From an uncultured Nitrospinota bacterium (GTDB taxonomy: Bacteria > Tectomicrobia > Entotheonellia > J063 > CAVPRW01), in assembly GCA_963707985.1 (NCBI GenBank), contig CAVPRW010000017.1, positions 224,001-288,000 of the forward strand: DNA of 64,000 nucleotides, written 5' to 3'. Positions 61,884 to 64,000 of the stretch are shown in pieces. Position 1 is the stretch's first letter. Each line of letters starts with the position of its first letter. A program made the translations under genes and the position numbers. The notes under the pieces were generated by a model that saw only the letters and a list, made by a program, of their open reading frames with translations, ran no database searches and had not been told where the DNA came from.

Positions 61884-62734
61884 GCCCTCCCAAACAAGCC
61901 GTGTGGCCGCAGCGTCAAGATGGCGGCCATCGGGGCAAAAATGGTGAACATGGCAAGTTCCGGCGCCAGGGCCCTGCCAAAAGTATCTATCAGGCCCACG
62001 ACCAGGCTGCCCACAAAAGCCCCGCGTACGCTCCCGAGACCTCCAATGAGCACGACGACAAGCGCCAGCAACAGGACCTCGAAGTCGGCTCCTGGATACG
62101 CCCCCACGATTGGCCCACCGATGACGCCGCTCAAGGCCGCCAGGAAAGCTCCCAGCGCGAACACCGCCGTGAAGAGTCTGTCGGTGTTAATGCCCAGACC
62201 TTGGACCATCTCCTCATCGTCCACCCCAGCCCGAATCATACTCCCCAGCGTGGTCCGTTCCAGAACAAGCCAGAAACCCAGTGCCATGACCACGCCGATG
62301 CTGATGACAAAGAGTCGATAGGTGGGGAAGACGATGCTCCCAATCGTCAGCGACATGGACAGAAAGGCCGGTTTTGGCAGGACGTAGGAATACCCACCCC
62401 AGTTCCATAACGTGAGGTCGGCGAAGATGAACAACAGACCAAAGGTCAGGAGCACCTGGGCAAGCTCTGCCTTCTGGAAGCGGTGCAGTATGAGGCGGTA
62501 CACGAGGAGTCCCACCACGGCGATACAGAGGGGGGCCACGACGAGCGCTACCAGGAAGCTTCCGGTGTGCTCGATCAGCGTGAACCCGAGATAGGCACCC
62601 AGGAGATAAAAAGAGCCATGCGCCAGGTTGATGACCCGCATCAGCCCAAAGACCAGAGAGAGCCCCGATGCCAGCAGAAACAGCAGCATCCCAAAGGAGA
62701 TGCCATTGAGGCTCTGAACGATCCAGAATTCCAT
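61880..62734 (-). CDS. livH: Branched-chain amino acid ABC permease
   Basis: GLSLVFGLMRVINLAHG, IGGLGS, RPHGLFG. Confidence 0.85.
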   Translation of the reverse strand: MEFWIVQSLNGISFGMLLFLLASGLSLVFGLMRVINLAHGSFYLLGAYLGFTLIEHTGSFLVALVVAPLCIAVVGLLVYRLILHRFQKAELAQVLLTFGLLFIFADLTLWNWGGYSYVLPKPAFLSMSLTIGSIVFPTYRLFVISIGVVMALGFWLVLERTTLGSMIRAGVDDEEMVQGLGINTDRLFTAVFALGAFLAALSGVIGGPIVGAYPGADFEVLLLALVVVLIGGLGSVRGAFVGSLVVGLIDTFGRALAPELAMFTIFAPMAAILTLRPHGLFGRA

Positions 62735-62810
62735 CGGCTTATCTCCGCCACACGACAGGTCTGAGAACCAAGCGCTGCGTGATCCCTTCTCATGCGTCAA
62801 CCCTCCTCCG

Positions 62811-64000
62811 TCACTTGCCAAAGGTCCCCTTGAGTGCGACCAGTCTTGGTTGCTTCAGATATTCTTCGGGGGGCATCCCCAGGAACTGATCTACCGCTGG
62901 AATAGTCTCGACGACCACTGGGATTATCTGGTCCCCCACCTGGTCGATCCGGGTGATAGTCACATCCGTAATCACATTTTGATAGTGGTCAAACCGAACC
63001 TGCCCTCGGGGTGCCTGCAAATCCATTTGACGGAGAGCCGACAAAAACCCGGCCTTGTCCTCAATAGTCCCGCCAGTGGTTTCAAGCGCCTGGCCGATGG
63101 CGGCGAGTGCCAGATAGGTGGATTCCGCAGGCCCTCCAGGATCTCGTCCATACCTGGCGCGAAACGCCTGCACGAATTGCCGATTTCTGGTACTGTCAAT
63201 GACGTGGACGTAGGCTTGCGACGCATACATGCCCAGCGCCGCTGGGCCGGCGGCCGGTAACAGGCCCACATCGGTGATGCCGAACGCCGTATCGACGACT
63301 TGAATTTTTCCCTTCAGGCCAAATTCCTCATATTGCTTGATAAATCGGATGCCATCGGCGCCCGGCACCAGCGTGGCGATGATGTCCACATCGCGCCGGA
63401 TCCTGCCGATTAAGGGACCAAAGTCCGTGGTGCCGAGCGGTGCGAACAGCTCTTGCCGTACTTTCCCACCAGCGCTTTCAAAGGCTCGTGCGAAGCCCAT
63501 CACCAGCTCGATGGTACCCACGGTGTCGCTCGCAATGACCGTGGCGGTACGGGCCTGCAACCGGTCGTAGGCAAATTTCGCCAAGGGGCTAGGCAGCTGA
63601 CTGGCGGCAAAGGTCGTGCGGAACATATACGGGCTAGGCTGCTCCATCATAAGGACTTCGGCGGCCGCAGCCCCCGAGATGATACAAGGCACCTGCTGTG
63701 CCTGGACATAGTCCTTCATGGCAAGCGCCGCAGCACTGACGATGACTCCAACCACGCCGTGCACACGGTCGCGCTCCACGAGTTTTTTCACTTTGGTCAA
63801 TGCCGTCGCAGGCTTCGCCTCATAATCCTCCACGATCAGTTCGACCTTCCGCCCGCCCATCTCCCCGTTGACCTCATACACGTAAAGCTGCGCGCCAGCC
63901 ACGACATCTTTAGCCAGCGTCGCTAGAGGCCCAGTGAGGGGAGCCAACACTCCAATCTTGATGGGAGGCTTGAGATCAGGAGCGGGTGCTGCTATTCCTC
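62811..64000 (-). CDS. Branched-chain amino acid-type ABC substrate-binding protein (5' end beyond the window)
   Basis: KIGVLAPLTGP, GRKVELIVED, PLGTTDF, PRGQVRFD. Confidence 0.85.
   Translation of the reverse strand, partial: GIAAPAPDLKPPIKIGVLAPLTGPLATLAKDVVAGAQLYVYEVNGEMGGRKVELIVEDYEAKPATALTKVKKLVERDRVHGVVGVIVSAAALAMKDYVQAQQVPCIISGAAAAEVLMMEQPSPYMFRTTFAASQLPSPLAKFAYDRLQARTATVIASDTVGTIELVMGFARAFESAGGKVRQELFAPLGTTDFGPLIGRIRRDVDIIATLVPGADGIRFIKQYEEFGLKGKIQVVDTAFGITDVGLLPAAGPAALGMYASQAYVHVIDSTRNRQFVQAFRARYGRDPGGPAESTYLALAAIGQALETTGGTIEDKAGFLSALRQMDLQAPRGQVRFDHYQNVITDVTITRIDQVGDQIIPVVVETIPAVDQFLGMPPEEYLKQPRLVALKGTFGK

Noticed and set aside
1..64000. CRISPR array, tRNA or rRNA genes, integrase, prophage
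   Set aside because: No regularly spaced repeats, cloverleaf-type motifs or phage/integrase proteins recognised

Overview
GC-rich window from a diderm bacterium. The gene repertoire is reminiscent of Ca. Tectomicrobia/Nitrospinota-like genomes, but that is an impression, not a tested assignment. Layout: (1) 1-3.7 kb, a decayed accessory region with three attC-like integron cassette sites, MITE-like inverted repeats, an IS1 InsA fragment, a probable IS110 end, and HAD, SET, isochorismatase and arylamine N-acetyltransferase genes. (2) 5.2-22.7 kb, a 16-gene minus-strand LPS core/modification operon from waaF and waaC to msbA. (3) 23-29 kb, DinB, a Pro-rich exported peptide, a 2-hydroxyacid dehydrogenase, a B12-type radical SAM protein with a long helical tail, and a VapBC-like pair with a dead toxin. 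(4) 29-44.3 kb, the most unusual block: three membrane-anchored ToxR/CadC-like winged-helix regulators alternate with three paralogous ~500-aa outer-membrane beta-barrel genes, plus a hidden fourth barrel remnant and an embedded GT-C-like membrane protein. One regulator is full length with TPRs; two share the same TPR deletion. Candidate 11-bp-period operator repeats are present. (5) 45-53 kb, DUF1800-DUF1501-NHL, two Uma2 nucleases, CMD, TerC and GlgA/GlgM. (6) 53-64 kb, peptide and branched-chain amino acid ABC transporters. Two unannotated leader ORFs 11 kb apart both end in LLTR[I/V]-TAA followed by a hairpin. Many genes carry single-base frameshifts, probably assembly indels. All family calls come from motif recognition by eye; no database searches were run.
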